64,000 nt of DNA, taken from contig JBILLK010000010.1 in assembly GCA_044376115.1 (NCBI GenBank), positions 1-64,000 on the forward strand, read 5' to 3'. A model generated the notes under the pieces. It was not told the DNA's origin, searched no databases, and saw only the letters and a list, made by a program, of their open reading frames with translations. Source of the DNA: Polyangiaceae bacterium (GTDB lineage Bacteria > Myxococcota_A > Polyangia > Polyangiales > Polyangiaceae). The translations under genes were made by a program, and so were the position numbers. Of the stretch, positions 37,970-48,305 are shown piece by piece (positions within the stretch are counted from its first letter, which is position 1; the number at the start of each line of letters is the position of its first letter).

Positions 37970-40900
37970 GTGAGCGGCCTGCGAGCCCGCCGAAGCAAGC
38001 GACCGTACGCGGCGTTCTTCCGCGAGGTTCTTCACGGCGCCCTGCTCGTGCTCGTGGCGTTGGTTGCGTGGGGTCCGCCTCACGCAGCCTTCGCCACAGA
38101 CGATCCGTGGCTCGACTATTGGACGCTCGAGTCCGAGCACTTTCGCGTTACGTACCCACACAACCTCGAGCGCCAAGCCCATCGGGTCTTGACGCTCTCG
38201 GAGAGCATCTACGAGCGGCTTACGCCCTCGATGCAGTACGCCCCCGACAGCAAGACTGAAGTCTTGCTGACCGACGATACCGACAGCGCCAACGGCTCCG
38301 CCACGCCTGTTCCCTACGACGCAGTTCGGCTGTTCGTGACCGCGCCAGACGACGTCTCGAATCTGGGCGACTACGACGACTGGCTGCTGGCGCTGATGAC
38401 GCACGAGTACACGCACATCCTCCACACCGGGAACATCAGCGGTGGAGCGGCGATCGTCAATCGCGTGATCGGTAGAACCCTCTCGCCCAATTCGGCGCAA
38501 CCTCGCTGGGTGATCGAGGGACTGGCTGTGGTTTACGAGAGCCAGTTTACGAGCGGTGGGCGCATTCGCTCCTCGCTGTTCGACACCTACTTACGAGCCG
38601 ACGTGCTCGAAGACAACTTCGCGCGGCTCGACCAGATCTCGAGCGGAGCCGACCGCTGGCCGTACGGAAACATCCACTACCTTTACGGCAGTCGCTTCAT
38701 CCGCTGGCTCACCGAGGTCTACGGACTCGACATCTACTCAGCCATCTCGGCCGACTACGGCGCAGCCTCGATCCCGCTGGCGATCAATCGCGCCATTCGG
38801 CGAGTGACCGGCGTGACCTACGAAGAGTTGTACGACGCATGGCGGCTGCACCTTGAGGCGCACTTCAAGAAAATGGTGGAAGAGGTGGATGCTCGCGGTC
38901 GACGCGAAGGCAAGCGGCTCACCTTCCTCGGCGGCGAAGCGGCCTACCCGCGCTTCGTTCCCAGTGTTGCCAAGGCCGATAAAGCCGCGCAAGAGCTCGT
39001 CTACTACCGCGACGATCTCAACACCCCGCGCGGGCTGCATCGGCTGACCTTGCGTGGAGCCGGCGTCGACGAAGACGAACCGCAAGACGAGCTGTTCATC
39101 CGCACCAACGGGGATTCGGTGGCCAGCTTCACCCGCGAAGGCGACGTGCTGTTCGCCGATACCGCGGTTTGGAGGAATCTCTACAATCGACGCGACCTCT
39201 TCTCGCTGCCAGTGGGGGAAAGCTCCGAGCTCGGCTTCGACTTCGCGCGCAAGCGCCTAACGGAGGGGCTGCGCGCCTCCTACGTGGACGTGAGCCCCAG
39301 CGGCCGCGAGGTGGTGTTCTCGGTCAACTCGCGCGGAACCGGGACCTTGACGATCGCCGAACGAAGCGCGGAAGGACGACTCGGAACACCGCGAGCCTTG
39401 CTGCGCGGGGAGGAGTACGACCAAGCCTACACGCCTCGTTTTTCACCGGACGGAACGTCGGTGGTCTACAGCGCTTGGAGCAAAGGTGGCTTTCGCGACC
39501 TGCGCCTCGTCAACGTCAAAGACGGTAGCTTCATCGATCTGACGCGCGATCGATCGCTCGACGTGCAGCCCTGCTGGTCGGCCGACGGCAAGACGATCTA
39601 CTTCGCGTCCGACCGCACCGGGGTCTTCAACATCTACGCGATGGATGTCGCGACTCGTGCGACCAAGATGGTCACCAACGTCGTCAACGCCGCGCTGGGG
39701 CCGGCAGTGAGTGAAGACGGTAAGACGCTCGTCTACGTTGGCTACACGAAGGCTGGGTACGACCTCTTTTCGATGGAGCTCGACGAGAGCCAATTCCTCG
39801 ACGCACCCTCGGGCGAAATCGCGAGGCCACAGCCCTACGCTGAGCCGCCGCCCGTTTCGGTCAGCAAGCAGCGTTACAACCCGCTCGTAACGCTGCGGCC
39901 TCGCAGCTACTTCCTCGACATTGGCCCGGGGAATTACGGCTCCACCGCGGTCACCTTCTCGGCCAGCGGCTCCGACTTGGTTGGACGTCATTCGCTGTCA
40001 GCGGCCGTGCGCTTCGATCCGGGCGCCCCCGAGCCACGCATGTCGCTCGCCTATACTTACGGCGGGCTACCGGTGGATCTCGGCCTGCGGCTGACGCGAG
40101 CGACCGTACCGCGCGAATCGGGCTTCAGTTTGGGCGCCGGTGAGCTGCCCTACAACGAGACCAGCACCAACGTGAGCACCAGCGTCTCGTTGCCGATTCG
40201 CAACCCGTTCGCCTCACAGTTCGTGTCGCTCTCGTATACCGCTGCGCTCTATCACCAGAACCTCACCACCACGACCACCCTCGATCCGTTTGGGCCCCGC
40301 CCACAAAAGCCTGAGGGCGGCTTCCTGAGTCAGATCGGCGTGAGCTACTCGCTTTCGACCTCGCAGTTCTCGGAGAACACGGCAGGCGGTGGGCGCTCGG
40401 GCTTCGACCTCAACGTTGGGCTCAGCCTGGCCGACGAGAACACCGGTAGTACCTCCTCGCTCTACGAGTTTGATGCGTCGATGTCGGGCTACATACCGAT
40501 GCCGTGGCCCGGCTATCACACGCTCGCGTTGCGCGCTGCCGCCGGGGTCAGCGGTGGGGACTACCCGCGACGCGGTCGTTACTTCGTCGGTGGCTACGAC
40601 CTCGTCAATAACGGCCCGCTCGATACGCTGGTCAGCGGTATCTACGACGGCGCCTTCGTCTTGCGCGGCTACGACGCAGGAGCCTCCAACGGAACCGCCT
40701 ACTTCCTCTCCACCGCCGAGTACCGCGCGCCGATCTTCACCCCCAATTGGGGGCCTTCCACCTTGCCGATCTTCCTGCGGCAAGTCGATGCGTCGGTGTT
40801 TGCAGATTGGGGCGGTGCGTTCGACAAGTTCGACTTCGAAGCGGTGCGCTTCTTCCACAACAGTCATCCCATCGACGCCAAAGAGCTGAAGACCTCGATC

Positions 40901-41035
40901 GGCGGTGAGGTTTGGCTGACCACGGTGCTGGCCTATCGCATCCCGACCAATTTCCGCGTCGGCTATGCCTACGGCTTTGACCCGGGAGCGGTCCCCGGCG
41001 GCCAGCTCTACTTCCTGAGTACCAGCGCCTTCTGA
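37970..41035 (+). CDS. Outer-membrane protein: zincin-like domain + TolB/PD40 propeller + Omp85-like barrel
   Basis: HEYTH...WVIEGLAV; PRFSPDG, PCWSADG repeats; LRGY motif; terminal Phe. Confidence 0.8.
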   Translation: MSGLRARRSKRPYAAFFREVLHGALLVLVALVAWGPPHAAFATDDPWLDYWTLESEHFRVTYPHNLERQAHRVLTLSESIYERLTPSMQYAPDSKTEVLLTDDTDSANGSATPVPYDAVRLFVTAPDDVSNLGDYDDWLLALMTHEYTHILHTGNISGGAAIVNRVIGRTLSPNSAQPRWVIEGLAVVYESQFTSGGRIRSSLFDTYLRADVLEDNFARLDQISSGADRWPYGNIHYLYGSRFIRWLTEVYGLDIYSAISADYGAASIPLAINRAIRRVTGVTYEELYDAWRLHLEAHFKKMVEEVDARGRREGKRLTFLGGEAAYPRFVPSVAKADKAAQELVYYRDDLNTPRGLHRLTLRGAGVDEDEPQDELFIRTNGDSVASFTREGDVLFADTAVWRNLYNRRDLFSLPVGESSELGFDFARKRLTEGLRASYVDVSPSGREVVFSVNSRGTGTLTIAERSAEGRLGTPRALLRGEEYDQAYTPRFSPDGTSVVYSAWSKGGFRDLRLVNVKDGSFIDLTRDRSLDVQPCWSADGKTIYFASDRTGVFNIYAMDVATRATKMVTNVVNAALGPAVSEDGKTLVYVGYTKAGYDLFSMELDESQFLDAPSGEIARPQPYAEPPPVSVSKQRYNPLVTLRPRSYFLDIGPGNYGSTAVTFSASGSDLVGRHSLSAAVRFDPGAPEPRMSLAYTYGGLPVDLGLRLTRATVPRESGFSLGAGELPYNETSTNVSTSVSLPIRNPFASQFVSLSYTAALYHQNLTTTTTLDPFGPRPQKPEGGFLSQIGVSYSLSTSQFSENTAGGGRSGFDLNVGLSLADENTGSTSSLYEFDASMSGYIPMPWPGYHTLALRAAAGVSGGDYPRRGRYFVGGYDLVNNGPLDTLVSGIYDGAFVLRGYDAGASNGTAYFLSTAEYRAPIFTPNWGPSTLPIFLRQVDASVFADWGGAFDKFDFEAVRFFHNSHPIDAKELKTSIGGEVWLTTVLAYRIPTNFRVGYAYGFDPGAVPGGQLYFLSTSAF

Positions 41036-41042
41036 ATCACCG

Positions 41043-43655
41043 TCAACGCACGAGCCTCGCGAGCTTCTCCATTACGCTCTGAATCTCGGGTCCGCCGGCA
41101 AGCAACTCAGCCATCGGGTCGCCTTCTGCCGCCACCCGCGCGGGCACCGTGGCGATCGTGAACTGCGCTGGGTCGAGCGAAGGAACGACCTCGCTCCAGC
41201 GCAGCGGAGTCGACACCCGAGCTCCGGCCGTCGCGCGCACCGAGTACGGCGCGACGATCGTCCGCGAAGGGCCTGTTTGCCCTGTATCGACGTAGACCTT
41301 GGCGCCACGCTTCGCCACCACCCGCTCTACCGTCGCGAGCGTGGGATGGGCGTCGACGATCAGCCGGCCAAGCAGATCCGTCAGCACCCGCGCAGCCTCT
41401 GGCGCGACCCCTTTACCAAGCGGTACGAACACATGCAGACCGGTCTGACCGCTCGTCTTCGGATAGCCGGTGAGACCCAGCTGCGCCAAGATCTCTCGCA
41501 ACGTGTGCGCGAGCACCACCGCGTTCGCCAACGTCGAGAGGTCCACGTCGAAGTCGATGGTCAGAAAGTCACACTGCTCGGATGCACCGACCCGTGAGCC
41601 CAACATGTGAATCGGGATGCAAGCGAGGTTCGCCACATAGAGCAGGCTCTCAACGCGGTCGATCAGGAACACATGTTTCGTCGCGTCGCCCTCGTCAGCG
41701 CTCTTTTGATGTTTGCCCAGCAGCACCGAACGCACCCACGAAGGCATGCCGTGGGGCACGTTCCATTGGTAGAAGTTCTTGCCCTCGATCCCGTCGGGGT
41801 AGCGCACGAGCATGATCGGTCGGTCCTGCAAGTAAGGCAGAATCACCGGCGCCATGGTTCGGTAATACTCGACCAGATCGCCCTTGGTTTGGCCCGAGTC
41901 GGGCCAGAACACCTTGCTCTGGTTGCTGAGCCGAACGCTGATCTCCTCGCTCGGAGCAGCCTCCTGCGCTTTTAGCAGCGGTAACCTCGACGGGTCGTCG
42001 GACTGCGGTCTGGCGCGACAATCTTCGGGCCGAACATTCGGTTCAACGCCCAAGAACACGGGGAATCGCAGGGCGCCCTCATCGCTCCACTCGAGGTAGC
42101 GCACGCGCACGACCAGAAACGGCTCGACGTAGGAGCGACCCCGCGGAGCCGAATCGTAGCCCCCGATCGCGGTCTCCCGCGGCCGTTCATGACCCTTGAG
42201 CAGCTCGCGCAGCTCGTCGACCCGCGCGTCATTGAGCCCCGATCCGACCTTGCCCCGAACCACCCATTGCGCGCCGTCGAAGGAGGCCAAGTCGAGCGCG
42301 CCGAGCCGGTTGCGGCTGCCCTCGCCCACCGTGTAACCGACGACGACGAAGTGGTCTTCGCGCTCGCACTTGGTCTTGACCCAGTCGGCGGTGCGCTGCG
42401 GACCAGGGTGATAACGCGAGTCGGCCCGTTTGGAGACGATGCCCTCGAGCCCCTGCTGGCGACAAAAGTCGAACAGCCGTTGCCCCGAATCCTCCAAATG
42501 ATCGAGCACGCGCAGTAGCCCGGCCGCGCGGATCAACCGCGCGAGCAGGCGCTTTCGTTCGCGCAGCGCGACATCGAGCAACGGCACGTCACCGATGCGC
42601 AGTAGGTCGAACACCATGTAGACGACGGGCGTCTCCGAAAGGGCCAAGGCGATGTCCGGGCGTGTTGAACGATGGATCCGCGTCGCCAAGCGCTCGAAGT
42701 TTGGTTTGCCGGCCTCGTCGAAGGCGACGACCTCCCCATCGAGCACCAACTGCGCGGGCGGAAGGGCCGCAACGGCTCGAGCGATCTCCGGGTAAGCCGA
42801 CGTCGCGCTGCGTCCGCTGCGATAACGCAGCTCCACGCCTTCGGGCGTCTTGGTCGCGACCACGCGCACGCCGTCCATCTTCAGCTCGTTCAAATAGCCA
42901 ACGCCCTTCGGCACCTCGGCGAGTTGGCAGAGCATGGGCGAGAGCTTTCGTCCGTCGAAGGGCGCGCGGTTCTTGGTCAACGAGGCGGCCTCTTGCTCAA
43001 CCTCGGCGGCGATGCGAGGCGACTCACGCAGCTCGTCGAGGGTGAGCCCGGAGAGCACGCTGGTTGGTTTGGTGCGCGTGATGTCCTCTTTGCTGACGCC
43101 AGCGTCGGCCTTCTTGATGAACAGCCACTCAGGTGGGAGCTTCGGATCTTTGGGCTTCATGCGCACCAGGCCGAAGCGGCCCCACACCTTGCGACCCTCG
43201 AGTTGGAAGTGGAGCTTCCCGTCGCGCAGCCCTTCCTCGGCCGAAGTATCGAGATAGCGAACTACACCGAGATCCCAAACGATCATCGGGCCCGCGCCGT
43301 AGGTGCCCGCAGGGATCACCGCCTCGAAGTCGAGATACTCGATCGGGTGGTCCTCGGTCTGCATCGCGAAGTGCTTGACCTCGGGGTCGAGCGTCGGGCC
43401 CTTCGGCAGCGCGAAGCTGAGCAGCGCGCCGGCCATCTCGAGCCGCAGGTCGTAGTGAAGATGCGTCGCGTCATGTTGATGAATGACGAACGCCCCACGC
43501 CACGTTGCAGCGTCTCGGGCTCGCACCAGCGGGTCAAACACCGGCTCGTTGGTGCGGGCTAGGTCGCGCTTGGCTCGGTAGGCAGCAGCAGCGTCATTCG
43601 CTGGCCCTTCAGCGGAACGTACCGGGCTTGGGCTCTTGGTACGGCGCGAGGCCAC
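41043..43655 (-). CDS. ligD: NHEJ DNA ligase D (phosphoesterase-ligase-polymerase)
   Basis: HDATHLHYDLRLE, ELKMDG, EGIVSK, WVKTK, RYPDGI, KTSGQTGLHV. Confidence 0.96.
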   Translation of the reverse strand: MASRRTKSPSPVRSAEGPANDAAAAYRAKRDLARTNEPVFDPLVRARDAATWRGAFVIHQHDATHLHYDLRLEMAGALLSFALPKGPTLDPEVKHFAMQTEDHPIEYLDFEAVIPAGTYGAGPMIVWDLGVVRYLDTSAEEGLRDGKLHFQLEGRKVWGRFGLVRMKPKDPKLPPEWLFIKKADAGVSKEDITRTKPTSVLSGLTLDELRESPRIAAEVEQEAASLTKNRAPFDGRKLSPMLCQLAEVPKGVGYLNELKMDGVRVVATKTPEGVELRYRSGRSATSAYPEIARAVAALPPAQLVLDGEVVAFDEAGKPNFERLATRIHRSTRPDIALALSETPVVYMVFDLLRIGDVPLLDVALRERKRLLARLIRAAGLLRVLDHLEDSGQRLFDFCRQQGLEGIVSKRADSRYHPGPQRTADWVKTKCEREDHFVVVGYTVGEGSRNRLGALDLASFDGAQWVVRGKVGSGLNDARVDELRELLKGHERPRETAIGGYDSAPRGRSYVEPFLVVRVRYLEWSDEGALRFPVFLGVEPNVRPEDCRARPQSDDPSRLPLLKAQEAAPSEEISVRLSNQSKVFWPDSGQTKGDLVEYYRTMAPVILPYLQDRPIMLVRYPDGIEGKNFYQWNVPHGMPSWVRSVLLGKHQKSADEGDATKHVFLIDRVESLLYVANLACIPIHMLGSRVGASEQCDFLTIDFDVDLSTLANAVVLAHTLREILAQLGLTGYPKTSGQTGLHVFVPLGKGVAPEAARVLTDLLGRLIVDAHPTLATVERVVAKRGAKVYVDTGQTGPSRTIVAPYSVRATAGARVSTPLRWSEVVPSLDPAQFTIATVPARVAAEGDPMAELLAGGPEIQSVMEKLARLVR

Positions 43656-43656
43656 G

Positions 43657-44055
43657 TTACTCGGGCAACATGCGACGAACGAGGTTGCGAACGTCCTCGA
43701 GCGCGAAGGGCTTGCCGAGAAAGCCCTGGCACGAAAGACCGTTGAGCACGTCCTTCGACTCTTCCGCCGACAAGCCGCTCATGATCACTACCGGCAGGTC
43801 CACCCGCAGCCGCTGGATGGCCTCGAGCACCTTGCGACCGCCGGGCTCGGGCATCGTTAGATCGAGCATCACGAGGTCATAGCGAAAAGGCGCGAGCTCG
43901 AGTTTGCGCATGGCTTCCAAGCCGCTGCGGGCCGTGTCGACTTCCACCGGCAAGCGACGCAGTAGCCTCGCCGCTACACCCAGGATGAGTTCCTCATCAT
44001 CCACGACGAGCACCCTGCGCGGCTTAGGATAGGTGGAAGGAGTGATCACGGCCAT
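43657..44055 (-). CDS. Single-domain response regulator
   Basis: VLVVDDE, MLDLTMP, MSG, GKPF. Confidence 0.9.
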   Translation of the reverse strand: MAVITPSTYPKPRRVLVVDDEELILGVAARLLRRLPVEVDTARSGLEAMRKLELAPFRYDLVMLDLTMPEPGGRKVLEAIQRLRVDLPVVIMSGLSAEESKDVLNGLSCQGFLGKPFALEDVRNLVRRMLPE

Positions 44056-44304
44056 GTTGGAGCGACAAAGCTACACGAACTTCGCAACCATCGGCTACGC
44101 GAGATAGGCCAAGTTTTTGCCTACATGTAACGACCAGGCCCGCCTCGAATTGATTGCGAAATCGCGTTCGACCGTCGCAAGCGAGCCGCCACGACCTGAG
44201 GCTTCGACTCAGCAACTGAACGGATCGATTCTCATCGTGTGTGCAGCAGCAGCCTCTTCCGCGCGTTTCTTTTCGTGCACGCCATACGCAGTTAAAGTTG
44301 CTCC

Positions 44305-45168
44305 ATGGCGGCACGATCTACCGGCTCAGGCAACATCTCCTTTGGCCTCGTCTCGATCCCGATCAAGACCTTCACCGCCACCTCGGCGCAGTCGGTTTCG
44401 TTCAATCAACTTCACTCGAAGTGTGGCGGGCGCATCAAACAACAGCTGTTTTGCCCGCTCGACAACGAGATCGTGCAGCGCACCGACATCGTCAAAGGCT
44501 ACGAGTATCAGAAGGACAAGTACGTGCAGTTCAGCGAGGACGAGCTCAAGCAGCTCGAAGCCGAACGCACCGACCGCATCGACATCCTCGAGTTCGTGCC
44601 CACCGACACGGTCGACTTCATCTACATCGAGAAGACGGTCTACCTCGGACCCGACAAGGGCGGTGATCGCGCGTACAAGCTCCTCTCCGAGGCGATGGTG
44701 CGCACCAACCGAATTGCGGTTGGTCGCTTCGGCACCCGCGGCAAGGAGCAGCTGGTCTTGCTGCGACCGTACCAGGGTGGCCTGGTGATGCATCACGTGT
44801 TCTACGCCGACGAAGTCCGTAGTTTTGCTGATGTCGATCGCCCTGGTGAGCTCGAGTTCAAACCGGTCGAAGCCGAACTTGCGGACAAGCTGATCGAGCA
44901 GCTCTCCACCGAGTCCTTCAAGGCGGAGCAGTATCACGACGAGTATCGCGATCGCGTGATGCAGGCTGTCGAGCAAAAGGCTGCAGGGGAAGCGGTAACG
45001 GTCGCGCGTGAAGCACCGCAGGCGCAGATCATCGATCTCTTCGAGGCGCTCAAACGTTCACTCAAAGGGGACGGCGAGGCTGAGAAGTCTGCGAGCGAAG
45101 ACAGCGTCAAGCCTGAGGTGCACAAGGCTACCCCGAAGACACGCGAGCAGAAGAAGGCGACCGGCTGA
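44305..45168 (+). CDS. ku: NHEJ Ku protein
   Basis: ISFGLVSIPIK, IVKGYEY, YHDEYR, IIDLFEALKRSL. Confidence 0.96.
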   Translation: MAARSTGSGNISFGLVSIPIKTFTATSAQSVSFNQLHSKCGGRIKQQLFCPLDNEIVQRTDIVKGYEYQKDKYVQFSEDELKQLEAERTDRIDILEFVPTDTVDFIYIEKTVYLGPDKGGDRAYKLLSEAMVRTNRIAVGRFGTRGKEQLVLLRPYQGGLVMHHVFYADEVRSFADVDRPGELEFKPVEAELADKLIEQLSTESFKAEQYHDEYRDRVMQAVEQKAAGEAVTVAREAPQAQIIDLFEALKRSLKGDGEAEKSASEDSVKPEVHKATPKTREQKKATG

Positions 45169-45239
45169 CGGCCCCTGGCGGCCGCCAACGATTTTTAGCG
45201 ACCGACGCAACTTCGCGAGGCTCATGACGATGGAGCGGC

Positions 45240-46379
45240 ATGCACAAGCTGTCCGTTCCCTCGCTGGTCGTTTCTGCCCTCCTTAGCGCCTGCCAAGCCG
45301 AGTCCATCGGCACCCTCGTGTTCGAGGACGGCGTGCGCCCCAACGAACCTTTGCAGCTTATGAGTGAACCGGCGTTCTTTCTTGGTCAGGTCGGCGCTCG
45401 CATCGTCCGCGTAGACGCGTCCGCCTTGAGCATCCGTGACGAGGCTGATTTCACCGAGGTCAGCGAAGAAGCGGCAGTGGTTGACGCCGCAGCCTTCGAA
45501 TCGAAGCACGCCTTGGTCATGCTCTCGAAAGGCGAGGAACAGCTGGGAGAGGTGTTCTCGCTCGATCTCGGCCATGACGCCCTGGGAGCTCCGAAACGGC
45601 TCGCGCGCTACGGAGGAGAGGTACGGCTCTTGGCGCTGCCGTTCGGCGCGCTGGTACTTCAACGAGAGGACGGTACGCGCTGGAGCTTGGCGCGCTTCGA
45701 CAAGGACGCTGTCCCGAGCGTTCCCTGCCCTATTCCGCAATCCATCCTCTCCATCAGCAGCCCATCGTACGAGCAGTCGAAGGTCGAGGCGGTGGCGCTT
45801 TCGGAGGGGACGTTGGTTCGGCTCGACGTCGACGTCTCGAGCGCTGGCCTGCAATGCACGCAAACCGAGCTCGGGCTGCCGCCACCCATCTCCGATTCGG
45901 TGCGCGCCGTGCGCTTCGAGCTGGCAGGCTTTGACGCTGCCGTGGACGTGCGCGGTGGAGCCCTCGCGGTGGCCCCGCTCGAACTGGGTGCTGCCGGATT
46001 TACCAGCACGCTGGTTGCTGCCGAGCGCATCGAGGACGTCGCGGCCTTCGAACAGGACGATCGTCAGGCTGTGCTCGTCCTTTCCGACGGCCCGCCTTCG
46101 CTGACGCTGCTGGAGCTCGGTCGCAACGAGGGCACGCTGGAGGTGGTGGATGTAGTGACCCAGCCGCTGGCAGCCGCGGATGCGGTAGGCGCCCTCACGC
46201 ACGCGGATTTCGGCTTCCGCAGGCTGCTAGCGTTGGTGCAGAGCCGGCTCTTCGTAGCGACGAGAACGGGCACGCTCGGGTTTGACGTCAGCTTGTCGCC
46301 TGAAGTTGGCTTGACCGCCATCGAACTGCCCGCCGAGGTCGCGGCGCTGCGTGCTCCGCTAACAGTGATCGAACCATAG
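45240..46379 (+). CDS. Hypothetical lipoprotein
   Basis: Lipobox LSAC; beta-rich 379-aa ORF. Confidence 0.65.
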   Translation: MHKLSVPSLVVSALLSACQAESIGTLVFEDGVRPNEPLQLMSEPAFFLGQVGARIVRVDASALSIRDEADFTEVSEEAAVVDAAAFESKHALVMLSKGEEQLGEVFSLDLGHDALGAPKRLARYGGEVRLLALPFGALVLQREDGTRWSLARFDKDAVPSVPCPIPQSILSISSPSYEQSKVEAVALSEGTLVRLDVDVSSAGLQCTQTELGLPPPISDSVRAVRFELAGFDAAVDVRGGALAVAPLELGAAGFTSTLVAAERIEDVAAFEQDDRQAVLVLSDGPPSLTLLELGRNEGTLEVVDVVTQPLAAADAVGALTHADFGFRRLLALVQSRLFVATRTGTLGFDVSLSPEVGLTAIELPAEVAALRAPLTVIEP

Positions 46380-46417
46380 CCCTTGTAGCCTTTGGGGCCT
46401 CACGAGATGATGCGCTT

Positions 46418-48154
46418 ATGAGCAGCGCATCTTCTTCCCGGGGTCTCCGATCTGCGACCCGACCGCTAAAAGGCAAGCTGCTGACAGCCATACTGCCGGT
46501 GCTGTTCGCCTGCGGCTCGGATCCAACCGACGGATCGAAGCCGCTGCCCCAACCGAGCGGTGGCGGCACCACGGTTGGAGGCAACGCTGGCGAGGGTGGT
46601 GACGGCGGAACCGGCGGGGACGGCGGCCTTGGCGGAGCCGGTGGAGGCGGGAGCACCGTTGGCGGTAACGGCGGCATGGGCGGCATGGGCGGCGCAGGGG
46701 CGAACGGCGGGATGGGTGGTGACGGCGGTATGGGCGGCGGCCAAGGGGCTTGTGACTCCGCAGGCCCGGTGGTGGAGAGCGCCGGGTCGCCCACCAAGTT
46801 GCTGTTGCGCGGCACGTTGTTGCTCCCCGCCGGTCCGCTCGAGGGCGAGCTCGTAGTGGATGGCAACCTCATTGTTTGTGCCGCTGCTTCCTGCGCCGCG
46901 CAGGCCAACGGAGCGACGGTGATCGAGACCAATGGCGTGATCGCGCCGGGCTTCTTGGATGCCCACAATCACATCCTGTTCGACATCTTCGACGAGGACG
47001 ACTGGTCGCCGACCCAGACGTACCAAAACCACAACCAGTGGCCCAATGATCCCCGCTACGGCGCGGTGGTGGACGCAAAACAATGGCTCGAGGGGCAAGG
47101 CGCCTCACCCGTATCGCTCGAGTGCGAGCTCAACAAGTACGGCGAAACCAAGGCCCTCATCGCTGGTACCACCAGCGTGCAAGCCTCCGCGGGCTCCAAC
47201 AGCTGCTACGGCTCGGTCTCACGCACGATCGACACCAGCGCCAATGACCTGGGCAGCGACACGATGCAGACCGCTACCATCTTCCCATCGAATAGCTCGG
47301 CCGACGGCGTGTGCGCGAACTTCGCCGATGGCGACACGACGGCCTACGTCATTCACATCGCCGAAGGCGTCGACCAAACCTCGCGCAATGAGTTCACCAC
47401 GCTGAACACCATCACCACCGTGGACGGTTGCTTGATCGACGGTAAGACCACCATCATTCACGGAACAGCGCTACAGCAGCCCCAGTTCGCGACCATGGGG
47501 CAAGAAGGCATGGGCCTGGTTTGGTCTCCCCGCTCCAACGTCTTCCTCTATGGCGCCGGCACCGACCTCACGAAGACCACCGATATCCCCACCGCGTTGA
47601 ATGAGGGAATTAACGTAGCGATCGCGCCCGACTGGTCGCTCGGTGGAAGTCAAAACATTCTGGATGAGCTGCGTTTCGCCGACGAGGTAGACAACGCGCA
47701 GTTCGGCAACATTCTCACGCCGCGCGAGCTATTCGAGATGGGCACCATCCACGCAGCCGAGGTGCTAGCGGTGGATGCACAGCTCGGCTCGCTGGAGGTC
47801 GGAAAGCGGGCAGACATCGCCGTGTACCTCCCGCTCGCCGCCGATCCCTACGACACAATCCTGGCCGCTACGCCGCGTGAGGTGACGTTGGTGCTGGTGG
47901 ACGGTCGCGTGCTCTACGGCGATGGGGACCTTGATTCGCTGGCCCCAGCCAACAGCATCGCAGAGCCGGTGGATATCTGCTGTCGCTCGAAGTTCCTTGC
48001 GCTAAGCGAGTCGGGCGGAACGCCGACGAACAAGCTCGGCCAGACCTTCAGTGAGATCCAGAGCGTGCTCGAGACGGAAATGGCGAACTACGACGCACTG
48101 GACTTCTCGCAGTGGGACTTCGCCCCCATCACGCCGATCGTGAAGTGCCCGTGA
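46418..48154 (+). CDS. Amidohydrolase-family lipoprotein with Gly-rich linker
   Basis: LFAC lipobox, PGFLDAHNH, HIAEG, IIHG, WSPRSN, GSLEVGKRADI. Confidence 0.88.
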   Translation: MSSASSSRGLRSATRPLKGKLLTAILPVLFACGSDPTDGSKPLPQPSGGGTTVGGNAGEGGDGGTGGDGGLGGAGGGGSTVGGNGGMGGMGGAGANGGMGGDGGMGGGQGACDSAGPVVESAGSPTKLLLRGTLLLPAGPLEGELVVDGNLIVCAAASCAAQANGATVIETNGVIAPGFLDAHNHILFDIFDEDDWSPTQTYQNHNQWPNDPRYGAVVDAKQWLEGQGASPVSLECELNKYGETKALIAGTTSVQASAGSNSCYGSVSRTIDTSANDLGSDTMQTATIFPSNSSADGVCANFADGDTTAYVIHIAEGVDQTSRNEFTTLNTITTVDGCLIDGKTTIIHGTALQQPQFATMGQEGMGLVWSPRSNVFLYGAGTDLTKTTDIPTALNEGINVAIAPDWSLGGSQNILDELRFADEVDNAQFGNILTPRELFEMGTIHAAEVLAVDAQLGSLEVGKRADIAVYLPLAADPYDTILAATPREVTLVLVDGRVLYGDGDLDSLAPANSIAEPVDICCRSKFLALSESGGTPTNKLGQTFSEIQSVLETEMANYDALDFSQWDFAPITPIVKCP

Positions 48155-48305
48155 GCGGCTGGCCGCTTCACGATTGCTCCTTGGCTCGCTAGCCTAGCCG
48201 CCCACAGTGCCGGTTCCCGAGAGTCTCAGTCGCCAACCCGGAGTCTTCGGACCGCTCGGTTCGTTGGCTTTTTCGCACGTGCGGCCCACCGCGGGGACAA
48301 GCGCC

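Noticed and set aside
44106..44123. sigma54-like AGGCCAAGTTTTTGCC upstream of ku
   Set aside because: Spacing fits but the -24 match is weak, it is ~185 nt from the ATG and it is equally explained as a small inverted repeat.
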